From positions 191,357 through 255,356 of the forward strand of contig CBDCUK010000001.1 in NCBI GenBank assembly GCA_965222755.1: DNA of 64,000 bases, read 5' to 3'. A model generated the notes under the pieces. It was given only the letters and a program-made list of their open reading frames with translations, was not told where the DNA came from and did not search any database. Below are positions 34,274 through 45,005 of the stretch, piece by piece. Both the position numbers and the translations under genes were made by a program. Position 1 is the stretch's first letter; each line of letters opens with the position of its first letter. Source of the stretch: Mycoplasmatales bacterium. GTDB lineage: Bacteria > Bacillota_I > Bacilli_A > Mycoplasmatales > JABABV01.

Positions 34274-35422
34274 TTAACTTTGATTAATTCAACTATAATC
34301 AAAACAATAACCGACTGAAATATATTTTGAATCAACATTTTTTATATAATTAAAATGATGATTCAAAATAAAGTTAGTAATTAAACTATCGCCTCGTTTA
34401 TAGTAAACACCAATACTTAAATTGGTGTTGATTCCTGATCCGTTAGGTAAATTATTGTTATTAGCACTAAAGGCACTAAATACGACAAAAGCAGTTCGGG
34501 AATATGCTGCGTGATTTCAATCATATCCAACTGTTGTAGAATGCTCTTTATCTAATCAATTGTTTGTTAAAAAATCTCTTCAATTTGCTGCCATTGCTGG
34601 ATTGTCAATCTTAGTATAAATTGAGCTGCTCTCTTGGTTGAGAACTGCAACATATTTTTTTTGTGATTGTAGTTGAGTAATTTGGCTAAAAACTCAACTA
34701 TTAGCATTGTAGGAAATTTTGGAATTGTAAGTAATTGTTACCTGAATTGGAAAAGCCCCATAAATTCCTTCTTTGCCCTTGATTGAGATGATTGCGCTTG
34801 CACTTTCAGCAACATCATCAATTTTAATCTTACCAGCCATTCCTTGATAAGTGTCATCTCCACCATTACCACCAAATACATCAAACTCAGCTTGATCGCT
34901 AGATTTTCATGTATTAGTTCCATATCATTTTAAAGTGGCTCAATTTTTAGCCAGTTTTGCTTTTGCTAGTAATGTTGTTGCTGTTTCACTATTAACAGCA
35001 GCTTTAAAATGATCATAGTCATTAATTTCACTTGCTTGAGAATAGCTTCAATCAGTTAAAGCATATGCTACATCTCCAACATAATTAATTGTAAAGTTAA
35101 TTGGATAACTATGAGCTGATACTTGATCTTGAATTACGATTGTAGCAATCACTTCTTGATCGTATTTTGTTACTTTAGGATGTCCATTACCACTAAAGAT
35201 GGCAACATCACTAGTAGTTCAATAAAATTGGGCAAGATTGCTAATTTCCGTTTTAAGATTCTTGGCTGTTTCTTTCAAAGCTAATGCTTTGAAAGTATTT
35301 CAGCCATTGTCTTTGCCACTACTACTAGTTTTATGACCACATGAAGCAATAATAGTAGCTGAACTTGCTATTGTAATGAGTAGTAATGGTATCTTTAATC
35401 ATTTATGTAGATATTTTGGCAC
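34274..35422 (-). CDS. Lipoprotein L3, type II (382 aa)
   Basis: GTG start at 35422 after a GGGG RBS. Lipobox SSATIIASCGHK. Close paralog of L2 with long identical DNA tracts. C-terminus CFDYSWINQS, TAA at 34274. Confidence 0.7.
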
Positions 35423-35441
35423 AACAATAACCCCTTTATCT

Positions 35442-36677
35442 TTATTTTCGTATTTGGACTATATTACCGTTTCAAGTATAATCAAAAGCTTTAACACCGC
35501 TTGCGCTACTAGTAGTTATATAATTAGCATTTCATAGTAAAATAACGTTAAAATTAGTTTCGTTACTACCATCATATTTTGATAAAATAAATTTCATTGT
35601 AAAAGTTTTTCCTGAACCTGATGGATAATTGGTTACAGTAATATTTTGGTATTGGATCCCATTATCTTTACCAATTTGTCCTCCTCCTGGAGTGTTATTG
35701 TAAATCAACTGCACTGTATTATAATTAGCAGGATGACTCACAACTTCATTATTAATGATCGCATGATTAACTCATAAAAGAATTCAATTATTTTTCTCAA
35801 AATTTTGACTCATTTTTTCATTAATTGCCGGTTTATTATTAGTAATTAAATTGGTAATTTTTTCAATTGATTGTAATTGTTCAACTGCTGAAAACTTTCA
35901 ATTTGATAATCAATAAGTGTCATTTGTTTGATAAGTAATTACCGCCTTGATAGGATCGGCATCATAGTTACCTTCAAGGTTTTTGTTTTCACTACCATCA
36001 TGATTGAAAAATTTTTTACAAATAATTGCCGTAATTGTTTTATTATTTTCATCAACGATTGGTTTCCCTTGCATTCCTTGATAAGCATCTTTGCTAGTTA
36101 AAGCTCCAAAAGTATCAAAGACTGCTTCGTTATCAAGATTCTTCTGTCAACTTTTTTGATTACTATTACCATTAATATCTCACTGAAATTTTGTTGCTTG
36201 ATATCATGGTTTTAAAGTTCAAAGTAATTGATCAGGAGTCACGTTTAAAGCAGCTGCTTTAAACGCCTGTCATGAAAACGGATTAGTAGGTTTTGGCATT
36301 CAGAGTAATTCTCAATTTTGAACATTATATTCTACGCCAACAGCAGTAAAGTAAATAATAAAAGTGGTTTTCTGTGGATTAGTTGGTTCGTTAACTGCTG
36401 TTCTCGTAATATCAATGCTGACTGTTTGATGTTCGGTATCAATTTGGAATTGACCAACTTGTAACTCAGAACTAGTAACATCACTTCAACTAGTAACTTT
36501 TGCATTAAGAATAATAGCAATTGGGTCGGCTTTTTGCGCTGCTATTACAAAATCTTGAAAATTATATTTTGGTGATGATCTTTGATGAGTACCACAACTA
36601 ACAAGATTAGTTGTGGTCGCAACAAGCGCTAGTGTTGGAATCGATAATTTAAATCATTTTATTCAAAGTTTTAGCAT
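35442..36677 (-). CDS. Lipoprotein L4, type I (411 aa)
   Basis: ATG at 36677 with a GGAGGT RBS. Lipobox ATTTNLVSCGTH. Track ORF 35532..35741 is in frame. C-terminus AFDYTWNGNIVQIRK, TAA at 35442. Confidence 0.75.
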
Positions 36678-36716
36678 TGAAATAAAAACCTCCAATTTTA
36701 TTAATCATTAATCATT

Positions 36717-37859
36717 TTATAAAGTTGCTGAATTTCAAGTATAATCAAAACAATAACCAACTTTGGGAATTGTTTGCCCGATTACTGACTTCGCATAATT
36801 AAAATTACGTAATAAAGTATAAGTTTGTTGATTGCCACCATTACTATTATGTAAATTAATAATTACTTGAGTTTGAATTCCAGATTTATTCGGTAATACA
36901 TTTAGTGGATTTGTGATACTAGTAAACTGTTCAATTGTATTAACGTCATATTTTCCAGCGATAGCACCATCTTTTAATAATTTTGTATGTTGAGTATCTA
37001 ATCAATTATTATTTAAAAGTTGATTTCAAGCATTTGAATTACTATTTTGAATTTTTGAATAAACTGCGTCTGCTTGTTTATTCATCACATCAACATATTT
37101 TAGTTGTGATTGCAATTGGTGCATCGCACTAAAATGTCAACTATTAGCATTGTATGAAATTTCGGAATTATAAGTAATTGTTGCTTTAATTGGCATTGCC
37201 CCATAAACACCTTCTTTACCTTTAACCGAGATAATCGCACTAGCTATTGTTGTTGTTGTGTTAGTTGTTGGTTTCCCATTCATACCTTGATAAGGATCTT
37301 TGTTATTTAAAGCTCCAAAAGTATCAAACTCAGCAAGATCACTAGCTTGTCAAACTTTATTAGTGTATCATTTGAGACTTGCTCAATCTGAGGAAGCTTT
37401 TGCTTCCGCTAATAAAGCACTAGCAGTTTCAGCTTTAACTGAAGCTTGAAAATGCTCAAAGTCATTAACATAACTTGATTGTGAATGACTTCAATCACTA
37501 ACTTCATAAGTATCGCCTAGTGTATAATCAACAATAAATTTAATTGGATAACTATCAGCTAATGGTTGATTTTGAATGATAATTGTAGCAACGATTTCTT
37601 CGGCACTACCAGCTTGTTTTGGATAACCATTACTACTAAAAATAGCAACATCACTAGTTTTTCAATATAATTCATCAAGATTGCTAATCTGGGATTTTAA
37701 ACTCTGAGCCGTTTCTTTTAAAGCAAGCTTTTTGTAAGCAGCTCATGTGTTTTGCTCACCATTGTGATGTGATCCACAAGATGATAACAAAGCAGTAGAA
37801 CTAACAATCGTGCTTAGCATTAATGGTAGACTAAATCATTTGTATCAGTTTTTTTTCAC
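36717..37859 (-). CDS. Lipoprotein L5, type II (380 aa)
   Basis: GTG start at 37859. An in-frame TAG lies 5 codons upstream, so there is no ATG alternative. AGGAG RBS. Lipobox STALLSSCGSH. C-terminus CFDYTWNSATL, TAA at 36717. Confidence 0.7.
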
Positions 37860-37892
37860 AATCGTTCGCTCCTAAATATAATTTAAATTTAG

Positions 37893-38384
37893 TTATCAAT
37901 GAAAGATAATATCAATATTTTCATTATTAAAATGTTGTTTTAATTTATTTAATTCTGATTGACGTTTTTCATGAGTAACTTTTTCAAGTAATGCTAATGT
38001 TTTGTGTGTCACAATAAATGTCAACCATGGTAATAATAGACCACTAATTGCTGTTGCCATAATGTGGTGATGTAGCGGTTCAATTGCCACATTATGGTTA
38101 TGCATAATTAACATTACAGCTTGAGCAACAATTAAAGCATATAAAATTAAAACAATGATTAGAAAAATTAAAAATAAAAAACCAATCCCATTATTTAATA
38201 ATGTGGCATTGTCAAACTCCGAACGAAAGGTTTTATTCGTTAACATAAAAATTAAAGTTGTGATTAAAACAATCATAAAAAATAAAAAATAAAACGATAA
38301 TCGTTGCATTAATTTTAAATGTTTTTTTCAATGTAAATACGTATCAAGACTAATAGCTGATCCTGGTTGTAATTTTTGTTCCAT
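37893..38384 (-). CDS. Small polytopic membrane protein (163 aa)
   Basis: Track ORF 37896..38309 ends in TGA followed by TAA. It extends upstream through a TGA to ATG at 38384 with an AGGTGGTG RBS. There are three or four hydrophobic helices. Confidence 0.6.
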
Positions 38385-38552
38385 ATAATACACCACCTAA
38401 CTATCTTTTTCTCTATAAATTAATTATAACAAAAACATATTTAAACTTTAAAATAAGAATTAAAAAAATCTATCATCTTAATAAAGACGATAGATTTTTT
38501 AGTAATAATTAATTTTACTATTTTTAATGGCTGAAGATCTTAAATAATTTCT

Positions 38553-40592
38553 CTAGAATTTAAGAATAGTTCCACGAATAACATATTTATGAGTCGTAAT
38601 GTCATATGTTATCACTGTATTTAAATACATATTTTGTCAGCTATATCATGAAACTTTACTTAATGTTTTTCCACTAATCTGAATTGATAATATATTACCA
38701 TTCCTAGAAACTTTTGATTCAGTTCCTAATGTATTGGCACAAGCCATTGAATTAGCGTTGTATCCAGAAACTTTTGCAATTAATAATTTTACTAAATTAT
38801 TAATCGTTGCTCTTGAAAAAATTTCTTTAGCTGGAGTAAGGCTATTATTGTTGATAAAAATACGCGCCTTATTATGGTGGTATTCTTGAACATTAAAGTC
38901 ATACGATACTAATACACTAAATTGGTTTAGTTGCCCATTGACACTTACATTACCAGTAACTATTAATGATGATGTTGATGTTGCAACATTATAGTTAAAA
39001 GTTTTAAAATCAAGTGGATTGATAACTATCTTGCTATATTTACCTGCTCCTAAATGTTTGATCATTGCTTTTTCAACTGGATCTTTTACTGTTGTTGTTG
39101 TAAATATTTCGATAGCTGGTGAAAGCGGACATTTAGGTGGATTATAAGGTGTTAGATCAGTTCAATGAGGATTATTTGGTGTTAAATCTGAAGTTTGGCT
39201 TCAAATTACTCTTGTATTATAAATATGATATTGTTCAGTTTTAACATCGAAAGTTGCGATTGCTTGAGCTGGTTTAAGCATTCCATTGACGCTTACATTA
39301 GTACTAATTGTCGCACTTGATCACATTGCATCGTTGTTGTTATCGAAGTTGGTCTTAATATCAGTTGCCATAATTGGTGACAGACTTCAAGCACTACCAG
39401 TTGGTAAATGAGAGCTTAGTGCAGAACTGAAAGGAACTACTAGTTTATCATTAGCAAAAACTGAAGTTGCAGCTGGTGTTGGTTCTCAAGCAGGATAAGT
39501 AGATGGTGTTAAATCTGAAGTTGAACTTCAAATTACTCTTGTATTATAAATATGATATTGTTCAGTTTTAACATCGAAAGTTGCGATTGCTTGAGCTGGT
39601 TTAAGCATTCCATTGACGCTTACATTAGTACTAATTGTCGCACTTGATCACATTGCATCGTTGTTGTTATCGAAGTTGGTCTTAATATCAGTTGCCATAA
39701 TTGGTGACAGACTTCAAGCACTACCAGTTGGTAAATGAGAAGTTAGTGCAGAACTGAAAGGAACTACTAGTTTATCATTAGCAAAAACTGAAGTTGCAGC
39801 TGGTGTTGGTTCTCAAGCAGGATAAGTAGATGGTGTTAAATCTGAAGTTGAACTTCAAATTACTCTTGTATTATAAATATGATATTGTTCAGTTTTAACA
39901 TCGAAAGTTGCGATTGCTTGAGCTGGTTTAAGCATTCCATTAACGCTTACATTAGTACTAATTGTCGCACTTGATCACATTGCATCGTTGTTGTTATCGA
40001 AGTTGGTCTTAATATCAGTTGCCACAATTGGTGACAAACTTCAAGCACTACCAGTTGGTAAATGAGAAGTTAGTGCAGAACTGAAAGGAACTACTAATTT
40101 ATCATTAGCAAAAACTGAAGTTGCATTTGGCATTGGTATTTGTGGTGCTGATTTTTTCGCAGGATTAAATCCAGTTGCTGGAATTGAAAGTTTTAAATGG
40201 TTAATATCATATGCTTCTGTTAAAGCACTATAATTAGCACAAGCACTAACTTGATGGTTAATTCCAGCAATGCTTAGTGACGCTGATAAATCACCGGTAA
40301 CTAATGTGATAATTAATTTTGAATTACTATTATAAGTTGTAATATTATCTACGTTAATATTAGATAAATTTCAAATTGCATTAGCTGGTATATAATAAGC
40401 TAGTTTTGATTCAAGAATAGGTCTTAAATCAGTATCGTTAAAAATTTTTCTACAAGGTTTAACATCTTTTTGTTTTACAGTAATGTTATATTTAGGATTT
40501 TTAAAATTATGAATTGCAAAAGGAACTGACGCACCAATTAATATAGAAACTAAAGATAAAGTAGAAATAATAATTTTTGATTTTTTACGCAT
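38553..40592 (-). CDS. Secreted/anchored surface protein with three 109-aa tandem repeats (679 aa)
   Basis: ATG at 40592 (MRKKSKIIISTLSLVSILIGASVPF..., no lipobox Cys). I scanned 39063..39482 and 40023..40373 codon by codon and found only TGA. The near-identical second and third repeat copies in between are assumed to be equally open. Track ORF 38646..39065 is in frame, and TAG stop is at 38553. 2040 nt. Confidence 0.75.
39178..40140 (-). repeat. 3 x 327-bp in-frame tandem repeat inside the surface-protein gene
   Basis: The marker ggtgttaaatctgaagtt recurs at 39178, 39505 and 39832, giving a period of exactly 327 bp. Copies 1 and 2 are almost identical, and copy 3 diverges toward its end. 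Confidence 0.9.
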
Positions 40593-40703
40593 ATTTATCT
40601 TCCTTTCAATTACGATTAATAATTAAGTAATACTAAATATTTGGTTATAAATTATAACATAAATAAAATAGAAGTCAAATTAAATATTTAAATCAATATT
40701 ACT

Positions 40704-40761
40704 AAAAAAAACTAAACAAAAATCACTAAGTTTATTTTAGTGATTTTTGTTTAGTTTTTTT
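40704..40761. terminator. Long bidirectional hairpin terminator
   Basis: aaactaaacaaaaatcactaa / gtttatt / ttagtgatttttgtttagttt forms a ~21-bp stem flanked by an A-run and a T-run. It lies between lipoprotein L6 and the repeat protein. Confidence 0.6.
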
Positions 40762-40796
40762 CGTATTATATTAAAAATTTAATAATGTTTTAGTAG

Positions 40797-41999
40797 TTAT
40801 CAACTAGTAATACAATAAGCAATTCAAGTGTAATCAAATGGTGAGCCTCCAGCGCTATCATCTTTTCCATTTGCGTAAACAAAATTAAAAAACATATTTA
40901 TTGTCGCTGTTTTAGGCTTGCCTGCGGCATAGTCTCAATGCTGAAAAGTAAATACTAATTCAAATTTAGTTTCTAGGGGATTTGTTAAATCAGGAGCTCT
41001 TTCTCCTGCATACACAATTTTTCCTTGACCAGCAGGACCATGATCAATAGCATATTTATTATCAATAATATTATAAATATTATGTTTAGGATCATGGTCT
41101 ATGCCATCATTATTAATAACTTTTTGAGTCTTATGATCTTGAAGAATCATTCAATTATTATTATTGAATGTTGGTCGTATATTTAGACCAACACTTTCCG
41201 AAATTCCTGTAATGATATTTTTGACTTTATTAATAGATTGTAGTTGTTTATCTGTACTAAATGCTCAATCTGATAATTTATAAACTTGGGCATTTTTGTA
41301 AGTAATCACTGCTTTGATTGGATCAGAATCATAAGCTCCATTTTTACCTTTTTTCGAAATAATGGCGGTGATTGTTTTTGTGCTATCATTAGCAATCGGT
41401 GCTCCTTGCATTCCTTTATAAGCATCTTTTGCTGTTAATGAACCATAAGTATCAAATTCAGCTTTTTCAGTTTCTGATCAAACTTTTTGTGCTGGAGTAC
41501 CATAAAGTTCTCATTTGTATTTGCTACTATTATCTCATGGCTTGGCAGTTGATAGCAGATCAGCTGCTAGTACTGCTTTAGCGGAAATTTTAAAAACATC
41601 CCATGAATGAGGATAAATTGGGGCGGGGATCGAAGAACAAATTCAATCTTCAACATCATATTTAGGACTATCGCCGAAAATATTTTCAAATGAAGCAATA
41701 TAGGGATTCGTTTCGTGACCAACAATTGTTCTCGTAATTGTGACTGAGATTATACTATGTGCTTCATCAGGATGAAATTCACCTAATTTTAGTTCTGACA
41801 TTTTAGCGTCTTTTCATCCTGTTGGAAAAGTAACGTTCAATAATTGGGCAGTCGTAACACCTTGAGCATCTTTTACAAAATCATCAAAATTATATTGAGG
41901 ACCTGATTTATGATGACAACTAGCTAAGCTAGTTGTTGCACCAGTTACAATTACTACCGGGGCAATCGTTTTTAATAATTTATATCAGAGTTTTTTCAT
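40797..41999 (-). CDS. Lipoprotein L6, type I (400 aa)
   Basis: ATG at 41999 with a GAGGAGG RBS. Lipobox GATTSLASCHHK. Track ORF 40935..41150 is in frame. Contains EFDTYGSLTAKDAYKGMQG, QLQSINK and the C-terminus PFDYTWIAYCITSW. TAA at 40797. Confidence 0.8.
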
Positions 42000-42103
42000 T
42001 TCTGTAATAGCCTCCTCTTTTGCTAATCATAATATACTTTCCTTATATAAATATATTTTATAACATATCTCTATTTCCGCAAAAAAACGTTACAAAAAAA
42101 AAC

Positions 42104-42137
42104 AAAAAACCACCTTCATAAATAAGGTGGTTTTTTG
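42104..42137 (-). terminator. Rho-independent terminator after rpsO
   Basis: Stem ccacctt/aaggtgg within aaaaaaccaccttcataaataaggtggtttttt. Confidence 0.6.
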
Positions 42138-42157
42138 TTTTACATTAATATCAATAA

Positions 42158-42427
42158 TTATTTTCTTAAATTTAATTTTTTTAAGATTGCGTAATAACGA
42201 TCGATATTTTCATTATGTAAGTAAGAAAGTAAACGACGACGATTTGATACTTTTTTTAGTAATCCACGACGTGAATGAAAATCTTTCTTATGAGTTTGCA
42301 TATGAATAGTTAATTCTTTGATTTCTGCTGTTAGGATAGCGATTTGAACTTCAGCTTTACCTGTGTCCTTGTCACTACCTCCGTGAGTTTTAACTATTTC
42401 ATCTTTTTTGATGTCTCTGATAGCCAT
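42158..42427 (-). CDS. rpsO: 30S ribosomal protein S15
   Basis: 89-aa ORF with the typical S15 sequence (...[29 protein letters not shown]...). Confidence 0.95.
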   Translation of the reverse strand: MAIRDIKKDEIVKTHGGSDKDTGKAEVQIAILTAEIKELTIHMQTHKKDFHSRRGLLKKVSNRRRLLSYLHNENIDRYYAILKKLNLRK

Positions 42428-42526
42428 GTGTTATTCTCCTTACGATTATTAATAGTGTTTATAAAAGGCTGATTTATAAAACCATTAATAATTAATGTTG
42501 ATGTTTAATTAGTTTAAATAAGCTAA

Positions 42527-42904
42527 TTAAACAGTTGCTTTCGCTTTATTAGTTTTTGCTTTTTCTACTAATTGTATTAAATTATTGAATTCATTTGGAT
42601 GATGAATCGCTAATTCAGATAGCATTTTACGATTTAAATCAATGTTTAAATGTTTTAATCCATTAATAAAAATTGAATATGACATTCCTTCTGCTCTAGT
42701 TGCAGCATTGATACGCGCAATTCATAATTTACGAAAATTACGTTTACGATTACGACGATCACGGTATGCGTATGCAAGTGAACTCATCACTTGTTCTTTA
42801 GCTGTTTTATAAGCAATATGCTTATGTCCATAATAACCTTTTGCTAATTTTAGTCACTTTTTACGACGACGTCTAGTTGTGACTCCACCTTTAACTCTAG
42901 CCAT
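42527..42904 (-). CDS. rplT: 50S ribosomal protein L20
   Basis: Hand translation [29 protein letters not shown]...[23 protein letters not shown]. 378 nt in frame, downstream of rpmI. Confidence 0.9.
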
Positions 42905-42922
42905 AATTTACAAATCCTTTCA

Positions 42923-43117
42923 TTAACCTTGTAATAAGTTTTTTAAACGTTTTATATCTGAAGCAGACACTAACGCTGGTTTATTTAATTGACGTTTTTG
43001 TTTCGTTGTTTTATTTGCTTTTAAATGTGATTGAAAAGCTTGGGTACGTTTTCATTTACCGCTACCAGTAACTTTGACACGTTTTGCCAATGCTTTCTTC
43101 GTTTTCATTTTTGGCAT
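42923..43117 (-). CDS. rpmI: 50S ribosomal protein L35
   Basis: Hand translation [44 protein letters not shown]... gives 64 aa. Canonical infC-rpmI-rplT gene order. Confidence 0.9.
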
Positions 43118-43130
43118 TTTAGTTTGCTCC

Positions 43131-43694
43131 TTACTTCTTCGATTTTAGAGGTATTAAATATACATCTAAAAATCTATTATTAATTAGTTTAGGTTCAACA
43201 TCCAAACGAGCAACATCGTTTAATATTTCAATAAAACGCTTTAATGTGTCTCGTCCTTTTTCTTGCATTGTAATTTCGCGTCCACGAAATTTTAAAGAAA
43301 CTTTTACACGATTACCATCAGTAATAAATTGGCGGGCTTGTTTAGCTTTAGTTTCTAAATCATGCTGTCCAATTAATGGCGTAATACGAATTTCTTTAAC
43401 CTCTATAATTGTTTGAGTTTTTTTAGTTTCACGATTCTTTTTGCTCTTTTCATATTTATAACGGCCATAATCCAGAATCTTACATACTGGGGGTTTCGCT
43501 GTTGGCGAAACACATAGTAAATCTAAGTTAACTGTTTCTGCACGATTAATAGCATCATATTTAGACATAATCCCTAAATTGTTACCATTTTCATCAATTA
43601 CTGCTACTTTGCTGAATTGAATTGAATTGTTGACTAAATCTTTTTGAACTCGAGGTCGTGGTTTTTTACTTCTACGTATGCTAATGATGATCAC
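43131..43694 (-). CDS. infC: Translation initiation factor IF-3 (start codon uncertain, probably non-AUG)
   Basis: Has the IF-3 N and C domains (KPPVCKILDYGRYKYE...). There is no in-frame ATG near the 5' end. The context is GGAGTGATCATCATTAGC, so GTG overlaps the RBS, and ATC/ATT codons lie 5-8 nt downstream. Confidence 0.85.
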   Translation of the reverse strand: MIIISIRRSKKPRPRVQKDLVNNSIQFSKVAVIDENGNNLGIMSKYDAINRAETVNLDLLCVSPTAKPPVCKILDYGRYKYEKSKKNRETKKTQTIIEVKEIRITPLIGQHDLETKAKQARQFITDGNRVKVSLKFRGREITMQEKGRDTLKRFIEILNDVARLDVEPKLINNRFLDVYLIPLKSKK

Positions 43695-43699
43695 TCCAA

Positions 43700-43900
43700 A
43701 ATAATATTTTGCGTTTTTTTAGTTTTACATATTTAGATATATAAAACAAAAAGTGGCAAAGCCACTCTCAATAATGCTATTTACTTTATGTGTTTAACAT
43801 AAATAATTGTCTGTAATAGCAAGAACCTAAAGACACTTTTATTTAACAAGGTCTATCAGGTGAGAAATGCAGGCTTCTACTTTCTAAACAACAACTATCT
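43700..43900 (-). promoter_or_regulatory. Candidate infC-operon leader with attenuator hairpin (L20-leader-like)
   Basis: ~200-nt untranslated region upstream of infC. It contains the stem agtggc/gccact followed by TTTTTGTTTT (about 43743..43767 on the plus strand). In Firmicutes the infC-rpmI-rplT operon is controlled by an L20-binding leader. Confidence 0.3.
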
Positions 43901-43994
43901 AAATTAGTTGCTCTATTATTATATAATAAATCTCTTAAAAATACAAATCTTTATTTAATATCCTATTAATTGCTATATTAAATAAGAAGATTTC

Positions 43995-44784
43995 TTAGTT
44001 TCATCTTCAATCTGAAAAATTTGGTTTAATTGTTTTGTAACTAAAAATTGGTTGTTGAGGATTAAAAGTTGCGTGTCATGGAATGTAAAGAAAATTACTT
44101 TGTACGTGTCACTCAAGTAAAACATGAAAGACACCGTTAAGAATTACATTACCATTTTTATCATGACTCATTCTTGTATTAAGAATTGATGAATAAGTTT
44201 CTGATAAAAATGAGTATGGATCAGATAAGTAACCATTAATTAATTCATAGTTTCAAGAAATCTTCTGTGGCGTAGTTTTTGCAATTTGTTTAGTACTATT
44301 TCAATATCCAGCAATTGAATTTAATAAATAAGAAACTGCACGTGAGTCAGTACCTTCTGATTTAAAAAAGAATCCTGCTTCTGAATATCATTCAAGTTGA
44401 TCATCAGTATAAGCTGGTAAAGATTTGATTTTTCAATCAGTATAATTATAATTTTTTTGACTATTATATGTAATAGTTAAAAAAACTTTTTGAATCGTCA
44501 CTAATTCTAGATTAGCTCCTAGTAATGATCCATCTTTGTTGAAAGTGAATGTAATTGCATTAATTTTTGCTTCATTTGGACTTCAGTGGTATTTTGTTTT
44601 TAAAATTGGAAAGTCCTGAAAAATTTGCGCTGGGGTAACTGTTTTAACCGCTTTTTTTCACGCATTTTCATTTGTTGATCTTATTATCAACGAATGATCG
44701 TTTTTATTATTGTGACTATTTAAATTAGCAGTTACCGGACTAATAACTGATAATAGGGGTAACAAACTTAATATAATTTTCATA
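43995..44784 (-). pseudogene. Frameshifted secreted-protein gene (lipoprotein-module relative)
   Basis: ATG at 44784 gives a signal-peptide-like MKIILSLLPLLSVISPVTANLNS..., but that frame hits TAA at 44560. The long open body (VTPAQIFQDFPILKTKYHWSPNEAKINAITFTFNKDG... to TAA at 43995, checked codon by codon) is in another frame. The switch is at about 44640 (gcggttaaaacaagttacc). Confidence 0.55.
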
Positions 44785-45005
44785 ATGTTCTAACTCCTTG
44801 ATTTTTATAATTATTGTTTTTGTTTTTTTTGTTGTCATTAACAATGATTTTCATTAATTGTCAATTATAAAAATTATATCATTAAAAATTTATTATTCAT
44901 TAAAAAACAGATTATTTTTACTTTTAGTCTCTTTTATAGTAATATATTATCAACTATAATTAAAGTAATATTATATGATTATTAAATAGAAACCGAGGTA
45001 ATCTA

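Noticed and set aside
33478-36520. ORFs 33478..33759, 33509..33769, 34738..34923 and 36332..36520 inside the lipoprotein cluster.
   Set aside because: These are out-of-frame or antisense to L2, L3 and L4. The real frames are invisible in the track because of many TGA codons.
39178-40140. Possible CRISPR array or satellite, given the regular direct repeats here and the periodic repeats in the 16-31 kb array.
   Set aside because: The repeat units are 327 bp and contiguous with no spacers, and they are in frame within a coding sequence. The 16-31 kb periodicity is whole-gene paralogy. No short repeat/spacer structure or cas genes are present anywhere in the window.
41399-42309. Plus-strand ORFs 41399..41581 and 42127..42309.
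   Set aside because: They are antisense to lipoprotein L6 and rpsO, and the second also spans the rpsO terminator.
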